64,000 bases of DNA. Source: Marsupella aquatica (lineage: Eukaryota; Plantae; Marchantiophyta). Location of the stretch: contig OZ316891.1 of the NCBI GenBank assembly GCA_973895155.1, positions 16,953,651 through 17,017,650 of the forward strand. The letters run 5' to 3'. Position 1 is the stretch's first letter, and each line of letters starts with the position of its first letter. The notes beneath the pieces were generated by a model. It did no database searches. It saw only the letters and a program-made list of their open reading frames with translations, and was not told where the DNA came from. This document shows positions 33,290 through 44,610 of the stretch, piece after piece. A program made the translations under genes and the position numbers.

Positions 33290-36200
33290 TGTGGTGCGTC
33301 CCATGGCTCCCTAAACCCAAGAAACCCCCCCAGCTCAAGCCGATTCCCGCAGGTTTCGCGCTTGGCGAGGCCGTTTCCGCGGCTTAGCGGCATGGGACGC
33401 TGCTAACTTCCTTCTATTACTATTAGCCTTTTACACACATATACTGGACAGATCCTTCATCGGGTCATGAGATACGTAGCCGGCCTAATCTAGGCCTTCC
33501 CTTGTCTTCCTCTCCTTCTGGTTAGGTATGTTTGGATTCCGCCGCCGGAATGATCCCCAATAGGCTTGGTTAAGCCGCTAAGACCTCTCTCAGCTCGACA
33601 CATCCAACTCTCTCACTCCCTTGCTTACTTTCCTTCCTTCTGGTTGATGTGGGCACTCTTCACACAAGTTAATGCGACACACAAATAGCAAAATGACTCC
33701 TTCTGACTAAGTCATACCATGCACTTGCCATACAAACAGTACATCTCACACACAAGCTCTGCGAACTAAGCCGTGAGGCCAACTCTATTCAGCTCTTAGG
33801 CATGAGGAAACATGAATATACACAAGGTCACGGTATGACTAACCGAGAGCTTCTCTTACTACTTGATCCCAGCCCGGCTGGTGCAAACTAAAAACTTGCT
33901 AAAGAAGAGGCCCTGAGCTCCCCGCTGCCCAAGTACTTATCCTGGTAGTGGATCCACCTAATTCTTTGCAGCGTAAGCCTAATCTACCTAACAGTAACCT
34001 ACCTGCCCGAAACTACCTATGTACAGCAAGGCAGGAGCACAAGTGTTGCTCCTACCAGTGGAACCGCAATCCCACTAAGCTAAGTGTCAGGGCCGCCTCC
34101 TAGTCCTGATCCTAATCCTAAACTTGGAGATCAGCGCCTGCCCTGCCCACTCACGCCTCCTACCTCCACGTCCGCCCTTCCTAAAAGGAACGGCGCCCTT
34201 GCACCATCACGACACCGGTGGTGGATCCTCAATGGACGCCCCCAACGCTTCCTCCTCAACCACTGTCGTAGGTTCGTTCTCTGACAGATTACCTGCCCTT
34301 GACTGAGTCAACTCTCCATCGGCCTGATTGGGTCTATCATCGACATCGGCGTTGGCTCGGGAATCATTCTCGGCTACGGCCTCAGCCTCGGCTATGGTCT
34401 CCCCGGCCTGCTCAAGAGGCGGATCTGGGATACCGGCCTCATTATTGAGTAGTTCGGCTTGGGCCGCGCCATCCCCACCCTTGGTGATAGCGGGATCTAT
34501 TGCCGTGTTCATGCCGGAGGTTGGTGCTGGGTCTACCTCCTTGGTCACCACGGCCAGTGGAGTCGTATTACTCCTTGACCCTGAAGGTTTCCGCTTCTTC
34601 TTCTTTTCTGGTTCGGTAGCTGGTCCCTTCCCCTTCCCACTTACTTTTGTCACTGGTGCAGGTGGCGCGGCTTGTTCTTCGGCCAGTACCACTCCTGGTA
34701 ACTTGGTTGCCCCAATTGGAGTTGGGCCTGATGAAGACAAGCACTTAAATACTGCGGCTTGTTTCTTCAGCCGCTCTGTTTGGTTGTCAGCCCGCCGCTG
34801 TAGGTTCTCCATCTTCCTCGTGATTTCCTCCAACTCCTCCTGGGTCCCATCCAGGTCCTTGCACGCCTTCTGGGCTTCCTCCAGTTCTCTGTTCAAGGTA
34901 GCCCTCTCCTCCCGGGTTGCTCTTAGCTCCTTGTCGAGCTCTGCAATGATGACAGACTCCATCTGGTTCATCTTGGCGTAAGTCTGATCGAGCATCTCGT
35001 CCTTCTCCCGTAGGTCGGCCTTGAAGCTGGCCGTCAGGGACGCAAGCTCCTGCTGCAGCGCCATAATCCCTTGATAGGATTTCCCTAACTCGGCCTCCTT
35101 CTGCTCAAGGGCTCCGCGGATTTTCTCGAGCTCCCCCTTCAACGCCCATTCCTTTCTTTGGGTCTCCGCCATGGCCCGGTTGTTGGCTGTTATGTGGGCC
35201 TCCTCTGCATTCCTCAGCTCCTTCTTCCATTTCTCCCTGTCCTTGATTGCGTCGGCCAATTCTCCTTGGGTCCGCGTTAGTAGATTCTCGATCATCCGAT
35301 TATCAGATTGTGCGGTATCCAACTGGCCCTGCATGATATTTAGCTCATGCCGCTTAATCCGCAGCTCATCTTGGGCTTTCTTGGCCACCCTCAGGTCCTT
35401 GATTTCGGCTTCCCTTTCCCTAAGCCGACGGATGACCTCGTCCTTCTTGCTTCTTTCCAAGGCCACCGCTTCTTCTAATTGGCGTTTCTCCAACATCTCC
35501 CTCTGAAAAAAGGGTCCCTGCTCCAACTCCTCCCCAAATATGCTGAGCGCCAGTTCTCCACACATCTCCCCGTACTCCATGGCTCTGTCTTTAGCATAGG
35601 TGGAGGAAGTAGAAGTCATCGGCATCATCCACCGCGGCCTCTGCTCCCAAGCCGTCTTGCGGATCTCTTCAATCGTGGCTAGAGGTTTGCTTCCTTTTTC
35701 GGCTAGCCGCTTGATGTCCTCCGACCAATCTCCTCCTGGCAAATCCTTTTCTCTAGCCAGGGCTGCCTCCTCTTCCTGCCTAATTCGCTCCTGAAATTCC
35801 TGCGCCGTCTATTTTATGCCGTCAAAGCTCGGGGGAGCAACATCTGGTGGGGGAGACTCAGGGCTACTCTGCTGGTTGGGGTCCCCTCGTACTACCCTTG
35901 GAAGTGTGGGGATAAACCGGCCACAGGTCCTTACTCCTGGAACGTGATGGTCCGACCCATAGCCGGAGTTATCATGGCTGTAGTCCTCCACTGCCTCCTC
36001 TACTTCTTGGACTTCCGGCTTCTCCCTCTCCTCTTCGTCGGTAGGAGCTTCAGGCAATTCTGCCTCAGATTCAGAGCTTGAGACTCCCACGTACATTCGA
36101 ACACCCTGCTTGGATTCTGGCCTGATTTTGCTTAGGTTGACCTCTGGGGCAGTGTCCTGCATTGTTGCCATTGCCGTTGTCATTGCCGATGCCGATCTCT

Positions 36201-37912
36201 TCTCTTTCTCCAGTAGTTTCAGTAGTTTCTGCATGCCTGGTTGCTGCATCGGCAAGTCTTCCTTCCTTGGCCTAAACACCTGCTCGATCGTCAGGCTAAC
36301 AGGTGGTTGAGGCTTCTCTGCTACCGGCCTCGGTGCTGGGGCTTCCTCGGGTGCCCTTACCTGCAGGGGAAGTACTAGGGCAAAGGTCTGACCTCTGGCA
36401 TACCGGCACAATAGCGGCATGTGATAGCCAAGCCGCGACACGCTCCCCATGCCGATTACCTGCTGCTCCTCCTTTAAGATCTTCTTCAATTGGTTGAGGA
36501 GGTACCCGTTGTAGTCCCGGCTTGGGTCTGGCCTCTCTGCCAGATAGACCTGTGCCTTGCCGATCTCTGCCCTCGGCAAGTTACAATGCATGGTCACCCG
36601 CAAGAAGTCGATCATCTCTCCTATGTGTGGGTTGGTGCAGGTGTTCCGGAAGAAGCCATTCTTCGTTGATGGCCCGGGGAACGACCGGAACTCCTTGTCA
36701 GGCAAGGTCTTCCTGGTATCAACTTTGGTCTTATTGCCTATCGGCAAGCCAAACACTTCGGCAATCACCTTGGGAGTAAGATAGAAATCCTTCCCATATA
36801 TCCTCGTGCAATTGGTCTCGGGTTCCCATGACCCCACAAATTCTAATAGGTCTGAATCCGGCACCTCCGGCTTCAGCCATGGTAATCTTACAAAGGCCTC
36901 TAAGCCGGATCCGGCCATGAAGCCTTGGTACTTCTTGGTCTGCATGGCCGTAAAGCATGCATCCTCCTCCCGTGCAAAATGTAGTTGCACCTCCACCGGT
37001 AGGGTTGCCGCCCAGCCTTTCCAGGTGTCATCCCTGGTTGGAATGGCATTGATGGGATCGACCTCCTCCTCTTCGGCTTCTCCCTGCCTCCTGCTCTGCT
37101 GCTCGGCTGGCTTCCTTGGTGCCGCCGACCTCGTTCTTTTTGCCGGGGTGACTTCATCGTTGACGGCTCCCTTCCTCTTCATCTCTGCTGCCGTGGAGGT
37201 TTCTCCTAGAACCGTTGCCGGGGTCCACCTTTCCGTGCTACCCTTCAATTCCCAGTGTATGTCGTTGCAGTTCTTGATGGCCTCTCGAATGCCGATGATT
37301 CTGTCTTCGCAAAACAGAAGATCGTCGAGCTGATTGGAAGTAGGAGTCCACAAGAACTCGGCGTTGATGAGTTTGCCTCCTAAGAAAGCCGTCTTCTGTA
37401 GCTCCCACAATCGAGCGAGCTCCTGCCGTTCTCGAGCTGCCCTTTCTGATTCCTCGTCCTCGTAAGTCTTGATGTACTCAGTTGCCTGTTCGAACAGGCA
37501 TCCCCAGAAATGTGCCGCTTGATTGACGTTGCTCATACCCTCCTTAGGTCGATCGTCGGTATCTACTCTCTCCCCAAGTGTTTGCCTAAGCAGCTGACAG
37601 TAGTTGGCCTCCCGTAGTCGTCTGCCTAGTTCGTGCTCGCAAATGAGCCACCATCTCCTGCAAGCGCTCCTTACCCCTCTCCTCTTCCGGTCCTTTCTCC
37701 CGTTGATCCTTCCTAGCCGCCGACGCTTAACGCGCCCTAACCCTAATCTTGTTTTCACCCCCAGCGTCCTTACCTCCGGCCTCGGCCCGGGTTCCATGGT
37801 CGCCCCTAATTGTTTATATTTTCCTTGCTTTGTCCCTATACTAAGGTGTTTCTAGGGTGCATTCCTGCTTTACCCACTTAACTGGCCGAGTGATTCCTGG
37901 CTAGGCATCACA
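33290..37912 (-). mobile_element. Solo LTR of family B (B', 4623 bp)
   Basis: Same termini as the B LTR; perfect TSD CCCTA at 33285-33289 and 37913-37917. Confidence 0.95.
34207..37797 (-). CDS. LTR-encoded ~1196-aa protein (basic N-terminus, plant-mobile-domain-like core, long coiled coil) with one premature stop
   Basis: ORFs 35809-37797 and 34207-35742 are in the same frame, separated only by TAG at 35811-35809; the other two LTR copies have CAG or CAA there. Confidence 0.85.
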
Positions 37913-40382
37913 CCCTACAAAGTCGATATCTTCCGGCTCTGGGTCATCTTCAGACTCTGGTAAGCTCTGAATTTCTGGATCCAAGACTCCATATTTCACA
38001 TAGCTGCTCTTGGTGCCAAATGCACTCTTCTCATGTTTGAATAAGGTTTGGTCATGAGAGTATAGATGTACCAAGTAACAGGAGAGAGCAGTGGGGGCTC
38101 TGTTGGACAAGGCGGAGACCTGCTTCTCTAGAACACTTGAGAAGATAGTAGCCCATGATACCTCTCTGGTTTTGAAGAAGGAAGCAATGATAGTACTTCC
38201 TACTTTAAGAATCACCCTCCTTGGTTTCTCTGGATATATGAGGGGGACTAGGAATGCCATCACGTTCCTGAGGTCCTTGTGAGTACACTGGTTGATGGTC
38301 CATCATTCTTTGGCATCCATCTTGCCACCAAAGTATTCCACTGTGAGATTCTCTCCTCTGGGGCAGAAGCCACTCCCTTTCACTGGTAGCTGAAAAGCTT
38401 CTCCAACGAATGCCTTGGTCCAAGCTTCTGGTCGAGCTCGTGCAGTCTTCTGAAATTCTATGGGAGGAACTCCTGCCAGCACTTCCCTTACCATGTCTTC
38501 ACTCAGAAATCCCCAAGTAAGATCCATCAAGGAGGCACAGCCCATTAGTGTAAGATCTTTTCGGAGCTGTTCCTTCTCAACTGCATCAGTAGGAATGAGG
38601 GGTCTCAAGGGCTTCATGGTGATCTGAGCCTCCTTCCTCTTTGAACGTCGTACTTCAGGCTTTACTGGAGTCCCACTCTGAGTCTTGGAAGAAGGACTGC
38701 TCTTGGCACTCTTCATACTGAAAATGGTGGTTGGAGTAGCAAACAGATTTGAACCGGTGAAGGCACAAGGTAGGAGCTAGAAGTGAATATAGCCTCTATA
38801 ATTACTCCGTCGCGTATATCAACCAACCTTCTCTATCTCAGCACACTTTCAGCGAAAATGAACGTCCAGCAAGCGAGATATAGCAGAAACCGGTTTGCCA
38901 CCGGTTCAGTTCCGGTTCAGAAACCGGCTCAAGCCCCGGAAGTAGACAACTATCAAAACAGGGGGCCTTAGCGCCAATCTCCACATCCCCAGCCTTCCCT
39001 CCAAGCGTAGGAGTAGGCTGCCACCTCACACGAGTCTGTCAAGGCTCTCTTATACCTTTCTCTCACAGAAACTAGAATGGTCCTATAATCCGGACCCAAG
39101 ATCCTCAATCGGAAGGGAAGAGCCTCCTTTCTCTATTGCTTCGACAAGCCTATTCACTCGGGAGCTCAAAACTTACTCTATTCAGCTTTGAGAGGTGTGA
39201 GAAGAGCAAAACCGGTTCGGCCTTAAGAGGGATTCCGGCTCACTGTCAGGAGTCCAATGCTTATGGGTTTTCCCCAGGACGAAGAGCGTAGCCTCGGCTT
39301 CAAGAACCTGGTGTTAGATTTTCTTGATAGCGTCCGGAGACGATTTTACGGCTTCCGGTTTGTGGTCCGGTTTCCTTCTCTTTACCAAGAAATACTTTCT
39401 TCCGGTTGAGCCTCTTTTCCTTCTCTTAATCTCTTGAATGGTTGTGAGACTTTCAATAATGGTTTGCTTAGCATTTAAGGTTCTTCTTTCCCGCTTCAAA
39501 GGCAAAAAAAATTAATTTTTCCACTTTCTTTATTCCTTTCTTCTTAACCATGTTATCACACTTGCCAATCTTTGGCCTCGGCAAGTTGCAATGCATGGTT
39601 ACCTGTAAGAAATCAATCATCTCTCCGATGTGCGGGTTGGTGCAGGTGTTCTGGAAGAAGCCATTCTTCGTTGATGGTCCTGGGAACAACCAGAACTCCT
39701 TGTCAGGCAAGGTCTTTCTGGTATCTACTTTGGTCTTATTGCCCATTGACAAGCCAAACGCTTCTGCCATTCTTGAGTTGCTCTTTTTGATTCTTCGTCC
39801 TCGTAGGTCCCAATGTACTCAGTTGCCCGTTCGAACAGGCATCCCCAAAAATGAGCAGCTTGATTGACGTTGCTCATACCCTTCTTGAGTTGATAGTCGG
39901 TATCTCCTCCCGCCTAGAGTGCTTGCCTAAGCAGCTGACAGTAGTTGGTTTCACGTAGTCGTCTGCTTAGTTTGTGCTTGCAAATGAGCCACCATTCCTT
40001 GCGATTGGTCCTTACCCCCCTCTTGCCTGGTCTTCTTTCCCGTTGGTTACCCATAGCCGCCGGCACTTAGCGCGCCCTAACCCTAATTGTGTTCCCTCCC
40101 CCGACAACCTTACTTCCGGCCTCGGCTCAGCTTCCATAGTCACCCTTAATTGTTTATATTTTCCTTGTTTTTGTTACTATACTAATGTGTTTCCAGGGTA
40201 CACTCCTGATTTTACCATTTAAACTGGCCTAGTGATTCCTGGCTAGGCATCACAGGGAGAAGACTTAGTTCATCTTAGCGCAAGAAAAGGCGAGGCACAA
40301 GGAGTTGGTAGGGAACATCAGGGCTCGTTTGATTTCACAAATTAAGGGGAATTAGATTTGCTACATAGGCTTGATAGATGGC

Positions 40383-40677
40383 TTGGGGGTCTCACTACAT
40401 GGGGACCTCCCCATCACCTGCGACGTTTTTAGGCCTTGGACCCCCTAAAATGTAAGAAAAACATATTATTTTTTAACCCCTATAAAGTTGGAATATTCTT
40501 GGAATATTCCAAAAATTGGATTAAAAAGGCCCTAATGTTCTTATAAGTCTCAAAATTGAATTTAAAAGACCCTATTGTTCTTCTACAAAAATTCTTAAGT
40601 CTTCCCTTACAACCAATAAAATGACCCTATCCTTCGTCGCACATGATATGCCATTTTTGTGGAAGTGAAACCCCCGA
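40383..40677. mobile_element. MITE (~295 bp)
   Basis: TIRs TTGGGGGTCTCACT / AGTGAAACCCCCGA; flanking direct repeat GATAGATGGC at 40373-40382 and 40678-40687 (8 bp ATAGATGG if the TIR is extended by one base). Confidence 0.82.
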
Positions 40678-41622
40678 GATAGATGGCTATGGGGCTGGTA
40701 GATTCTGTTGACAGATGGAGATGGGGTGCCTACTGTTTGTGGGCTGGTGATTGTTGGGATCTCTCCCGTTTCATGGACTGGGCAATCTGCAACCCGGTTG
40801 GAGGTTTTTGATTAGGGTACTGCTCTGGGATTGGTAGGTGCTCCTGAGAAGACTGTAGGCTTTGGATTGTGTGGCACTTTTTCTTGACTCTCAGGTATAC
40901 TCGCCTGTTGGCTTTATGTGTTCTTCTTGGCCTTTCTGGCTTCTATTGCCCTTGGGCCTGCTGGTTCCCCCCATCCGTGGGTTCACGGGGAATAAATGTT
41001 TAATTAAAAAAGAAAAGGCGAGGCACGGGGAGTCCCGGCCTGAGCAGGGTCAGAGTGCACTAAGGAGTGAGATCCGGAGTCGAGCTTGTTCTTTGCTGAG
41101 TAAATGTAGTCTTTTCCCTCTGATTCTATCGTGAGTAACTGGTATTGTGTGCATGCTTTGTCTGGGCAAAGGCACCATTTCAAGGGACGTACCGGGTGCG
41201 GACTAACAGTAAGGATTGCCACAAATTACATGTTGCAAGGTTCTAAGTCGCGTCAATGGCTTGAAAGTCCCAAGCCAGGAGTTAGTCTGAGTCACTAATT
41301 GTGGGAATATTCCAGCGGTGGAAAACAAATATACCTATGACCAGTGCTAGTTGCGTAAATATTATACCGGTAAGTATATCGACTTAGCCCGACTTAGGGC
41401 TAATTAGGACTACTACACACCTCCTTGCTTGAACCCTCACCCCTACTAGTGGTTGTGGTTGCCCTAGGGAACTAACTCGGATTTAAGGCCTGGGTTATGG
41501 GCGCGACATACGGTGACCGGTTTTTTGGCGCTAGATGGAGGGGGCACTCATTTTGCCTTATGAGTGGAGCCGTGTAGTGAGCTATTAACCTGTGATTTTG
41601 TCCTTGATGCATAGAAAGGGGC

Positions 41623-43757
41623 ATGCCCCTTACCCGCTCGCGATCTGCGTATTTACAACACACAGACGGAGCATCAAGTTTGGAAGGAAACACTGCATCT
41701 AGAAGAGCGGGGAGCTTGGCTTCCCATGCGGGATTGCTTATTGCAATGGGAACCCAAGCACCAACTACGGGAGGGCCTCCACTGGTTCCACTGGTTGAGC
41801 CAGCCCCGCAAGTACCAGGTGCATTGCGTTCCCCTACGGCTCAGAACATGTCGCAGCGATCTTGGTTCCACTATTGATCCTTCAAGGGACGACCCCAATG
41901 AATGGCTAGCTGAATTTGAGGCCACAGCCAAGGCAAATGGCAAGGAAGCCATTAAGCTAACCATTCTTCCAGGCGTGCTACGGGGAGAAGCACGGCTGTG
42001 GTTTAACTTGCAACCCCCCGGCTTCATGTGGGGCCAGTTCCAGATGGCATTCTTGCAAGAGTTTAGGCCTATGGGTATCAAATCTCGGGCTCTGTCAAAA
42101 ATTGGATGGATGTAGATGGGTAAGCATGACTCACTTCGCAAATTCCTACAGAGATTCCAGAAGGTTGCCACCAAGATTTGGCCTAAGCCCGATGACTCCT
42201 CGTTGAGGAAATGGTTTGTCAATGCGCTACCTCAGAAGATGGCGTTTTCAGTGCTAGAAAAGAAGACCACCACCCTACAATAGGCAATCGATAGTGCAGA
42301 ATCCTTCAGGGAATTGCACTATGCCTCTCAGCTTAATCGAAGGACCAAGCATAAGAAGAGTAGGAGGTATCATACCTTCAGCGATTCCGACTCTAAGTAT
42401 CATAAGAGGAAAAGGAAGAAAAGACGGTGGCATAAGAAAAAAGGGGTGGATGAGCTCCTCTTCAAACTTTGACTTAGAGTCTAGCGATTCACTATCCAAT
42501 AGTCCAACCTCAACTGGCTCATCCTCCAGCGACACCGAGTCAGATTCTCGTAACCGCCAAAAGGAAGAAGGGATCACGGTCAGATACGGGTAAACATAAA
42601 CCGCGAACAAAGGTTGTCACCACAGACCCCAAGGCCGCGGAGGTAGAGAAGTTGAACGAGATCACCGACCGGCTAAAAGCACTATCCGTGCATTTGGCGG
42701 AGAAACCGCCAGACAAAAAGAAACCACCGGAAACCCGAGCGCGTGCTTGGTGCTCCAAGTGTTATCAGTCTGGACACGTGGTGCAGGAATGCCCAAGATG
42801 GAACACTCGTGTACACCAGATAGAGTTGGAGCTCGGACAGTCCAAGCTAGAGGGAAGCATGATGGAATACTTCTTCAAGGATCCGGTCGAGGCGGTGTTC
42901 CAGATGAGTATGATGGGACCTCGCACGATAAGCAGCCACAGTCCAGGGTTCCATACTCCATATCCGTATCCAGCAAATGGGCGTGGCCCCTAGGTGGTTA
43001 GTAATCCAAGTATCCCACCTAAACCCGGAGTCTGGCGGACCCCAGTGTGCTATAATTGCGAGAAACCTGGTCACTTTGCCCGAGAATGCACGGAGCAGCG
43101 GAAGCAAGGGGATGGGAGAGCACTTCCATTGTGCCAGGTCTGTCAAACCTAGGCACATTCCATGACAAACTGTCCCTTGGTGTTAGCCGCAAAGGCCGGA
43201 GCCGTCCGAGCCGCTCTACCCGCAACCCCACCGACTATGAATGCGGTGGCGTAGATGGTAACGGTGGAATGGCAGGATGACACCACCGAGTGGATCGACC
43301 TAATAGAAGCAATTGAGCAAATAGGGGCACGCGCGGATGACGAATGTTACCGTGTTTCTACCCGATCATCTCGCAAGAAGGACAAGTACGAGGATGGACG
43401 GGCGCAAAAGGATGACAAGCAGAGAGATGTGGTCGCGGAGAAGCATAGTCCGGTAGAACCAAATGAGCAGGAAGACTACCAGCGGGATCACCCAAAGTTG
43501 TTTTACCCGCAAGTAGAGGAGCTGGTCAAGAAGCAGTTGGAAGCCTATAAGGCCCAAGAGCACAAAAAAGCCATTAAAAAGGATATTGCCGATACTAAGG
43601 CCGCTGAAGAAGCTGAGGAAGCTAAGGCTGCCTCGTAAGCTCAAGCCAAGGAAGCAAAAGTGTCAAAATCTACGACCCCACCGACCAACCAGTACAACAT
43701 CAAGAAAGACGTTCAAAATTGTGCAGCCACGGCCACCGTCAGACAATTGTTACGGAC
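41623..43757 (+). pseudogene. gag: Degenerate gag of gypsy element 'E', truncated before the protease
   Basis: DPNEWLAEFEATAKANG, ARLWF, Lys/Ser-rich linker, WCSKCYQSGHVVQECP, CYNCEKPGHFAREC and YNIKKDV, in the same order as gag of A; many stops and frameshifts. Confidence 0.85.
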
Positions 43758-44119
43758 CCCATTAGGGGTCTCTTGCAAATTCTCTGCCATGAGGTTGCAC
43801 CACATCATCACAACTAGCCACAAACAGGAATGATCCTACTTTTAACAATAACAAACATGCACATTCCTATTTGTGGCAAAAGCAACGTAATTTTTGGGGC
43901 GCCATGCCGTAAATACTAAACGTAAAAAAAACCAAAATACAAAGGAAGAGATGTCATTTAGTAAAACAAAGTTACCATTTTGATGTTTGTCAAAGATATA
44001 TCAGTGTTTTATATCAAAATGTTTGTATTTTTTAATTGTTTACAAGTTTGAAAAAATCAATTGATAGAAATGTACATAATTAAAACCCATTTGGCTTCAC
44101 ATTGTAAAACTAAATAATA

Positions 44120-44610
44120 AATCTCCTTAGTACTTGATAAAAAAAATTAATGTTTGATTCATTGGAAAATTCAAGATCAAGATTTAGAAACTCGTGATCT
44201 CTTTAGTAATGTCTTGATAAAATCTTTCAATGTCACTCATTGGAAAGCTAGAGTAAAATTAAAAACTCATCATCTCTTTAGTACTTGACAAAATCTATCA
44301 ATGTTAGGTTCATTGGAAAGCTAGAGAAATTCAGATACTCATGATCTCCCTATTTCTTGACAAATAATCTCAATGTCACACATTAGAAAGCTAAAAAGAT
44401 TGAAAACCTCCTGATCTCTTGAGCACCGTGACAAAATCTGACATAAAATTTGTAAATGTCAGACTCAATGTTAGAAAGCTAAAAGAATGAATCATGAACT
44501 CATAATCAAAATTTCTTATACTAACACTCATTGGAAAGGCAAAGATATTCAAAAACTCATATGGAACTTGACAAAATTTGTCAATTTGAGGCTCATTGGA
44601 AACCCTTTCT
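44120..44610. repeat. Degenerate tandem repeat, ~70-80 bp unit, ~7 copies
   Basis: Recurring CTTGACAAAAT...CAATGT...CATTGGAAAGCTA...ACTC.TGATCTC. Confidence 0.7.

Larger units (their letters stand above)
32404..38716 (-). pseudogene. Accessory ORF inside element C, homologous to the extra ORF of element A; split by B'
   Basis: 38716-37913 (LMGCASLMDLTW, ARPEAWT, FLVPLIYPEKP, VSWA, LSCYLVHLY; one TGA at 38303) rejoins in frame with 33284-32604 (..DFVG-PTKKRK..; coiled coil), then a frameshift to 32404. Confidence 0.85.
31305..39560 (-). mobile_element. Solo-LTR-like element 'C' (~3.63 kb after removing nested B'), ORF-bearing
   Basis: TGTAGA...TCACA ends; TSD CTTGC at 31300-31304 and 39561-39565; no gag/pol; TATAAAA on the minus strand at 32321-32315, just downstream of the ORF. 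Solo-LTR status is inferred. Confidence 0.82.
15824..40254 (-). mobile_element. Ty3/gypsy element 'B' with giant ORF-bearing LTRs; internally deleted and multiply nested
   Basis: TSD GGGAG at 15819-15823 and 40255-40259; TG...CA ends; PPT at 20521-20537; degenerate RT-RH-INT; gag and PBS lost by a deletion joining near 29896. Confidence 0.93.
29896..40254 (-). repeat. Remnant 5' LTR of element B (pieces ~29896-31304 and 39561-40254), interrupted by C and internally deleted near 39770
   Basis: Colinear with 17760-20520; ends GGCATCACA followed by TSD GGGAG. Confidence 0.88.

Noticed and set aside
35809-35811. Stop between the 662-aa and 511-aa ORFs as programmed readthrough or two genes
   Set aside because: The other two LTR copies have CAG or CAA here and the context is not CARYYA; it is a simple C>T mutation.
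34328-37333. Plus-strand ORFs of 60-217 aa in the B LTR copies and similar short ORFs opposite gag/pol
   Set aside because: Ser/Phe/Leu-rich antisense shadows of the real coding strand.
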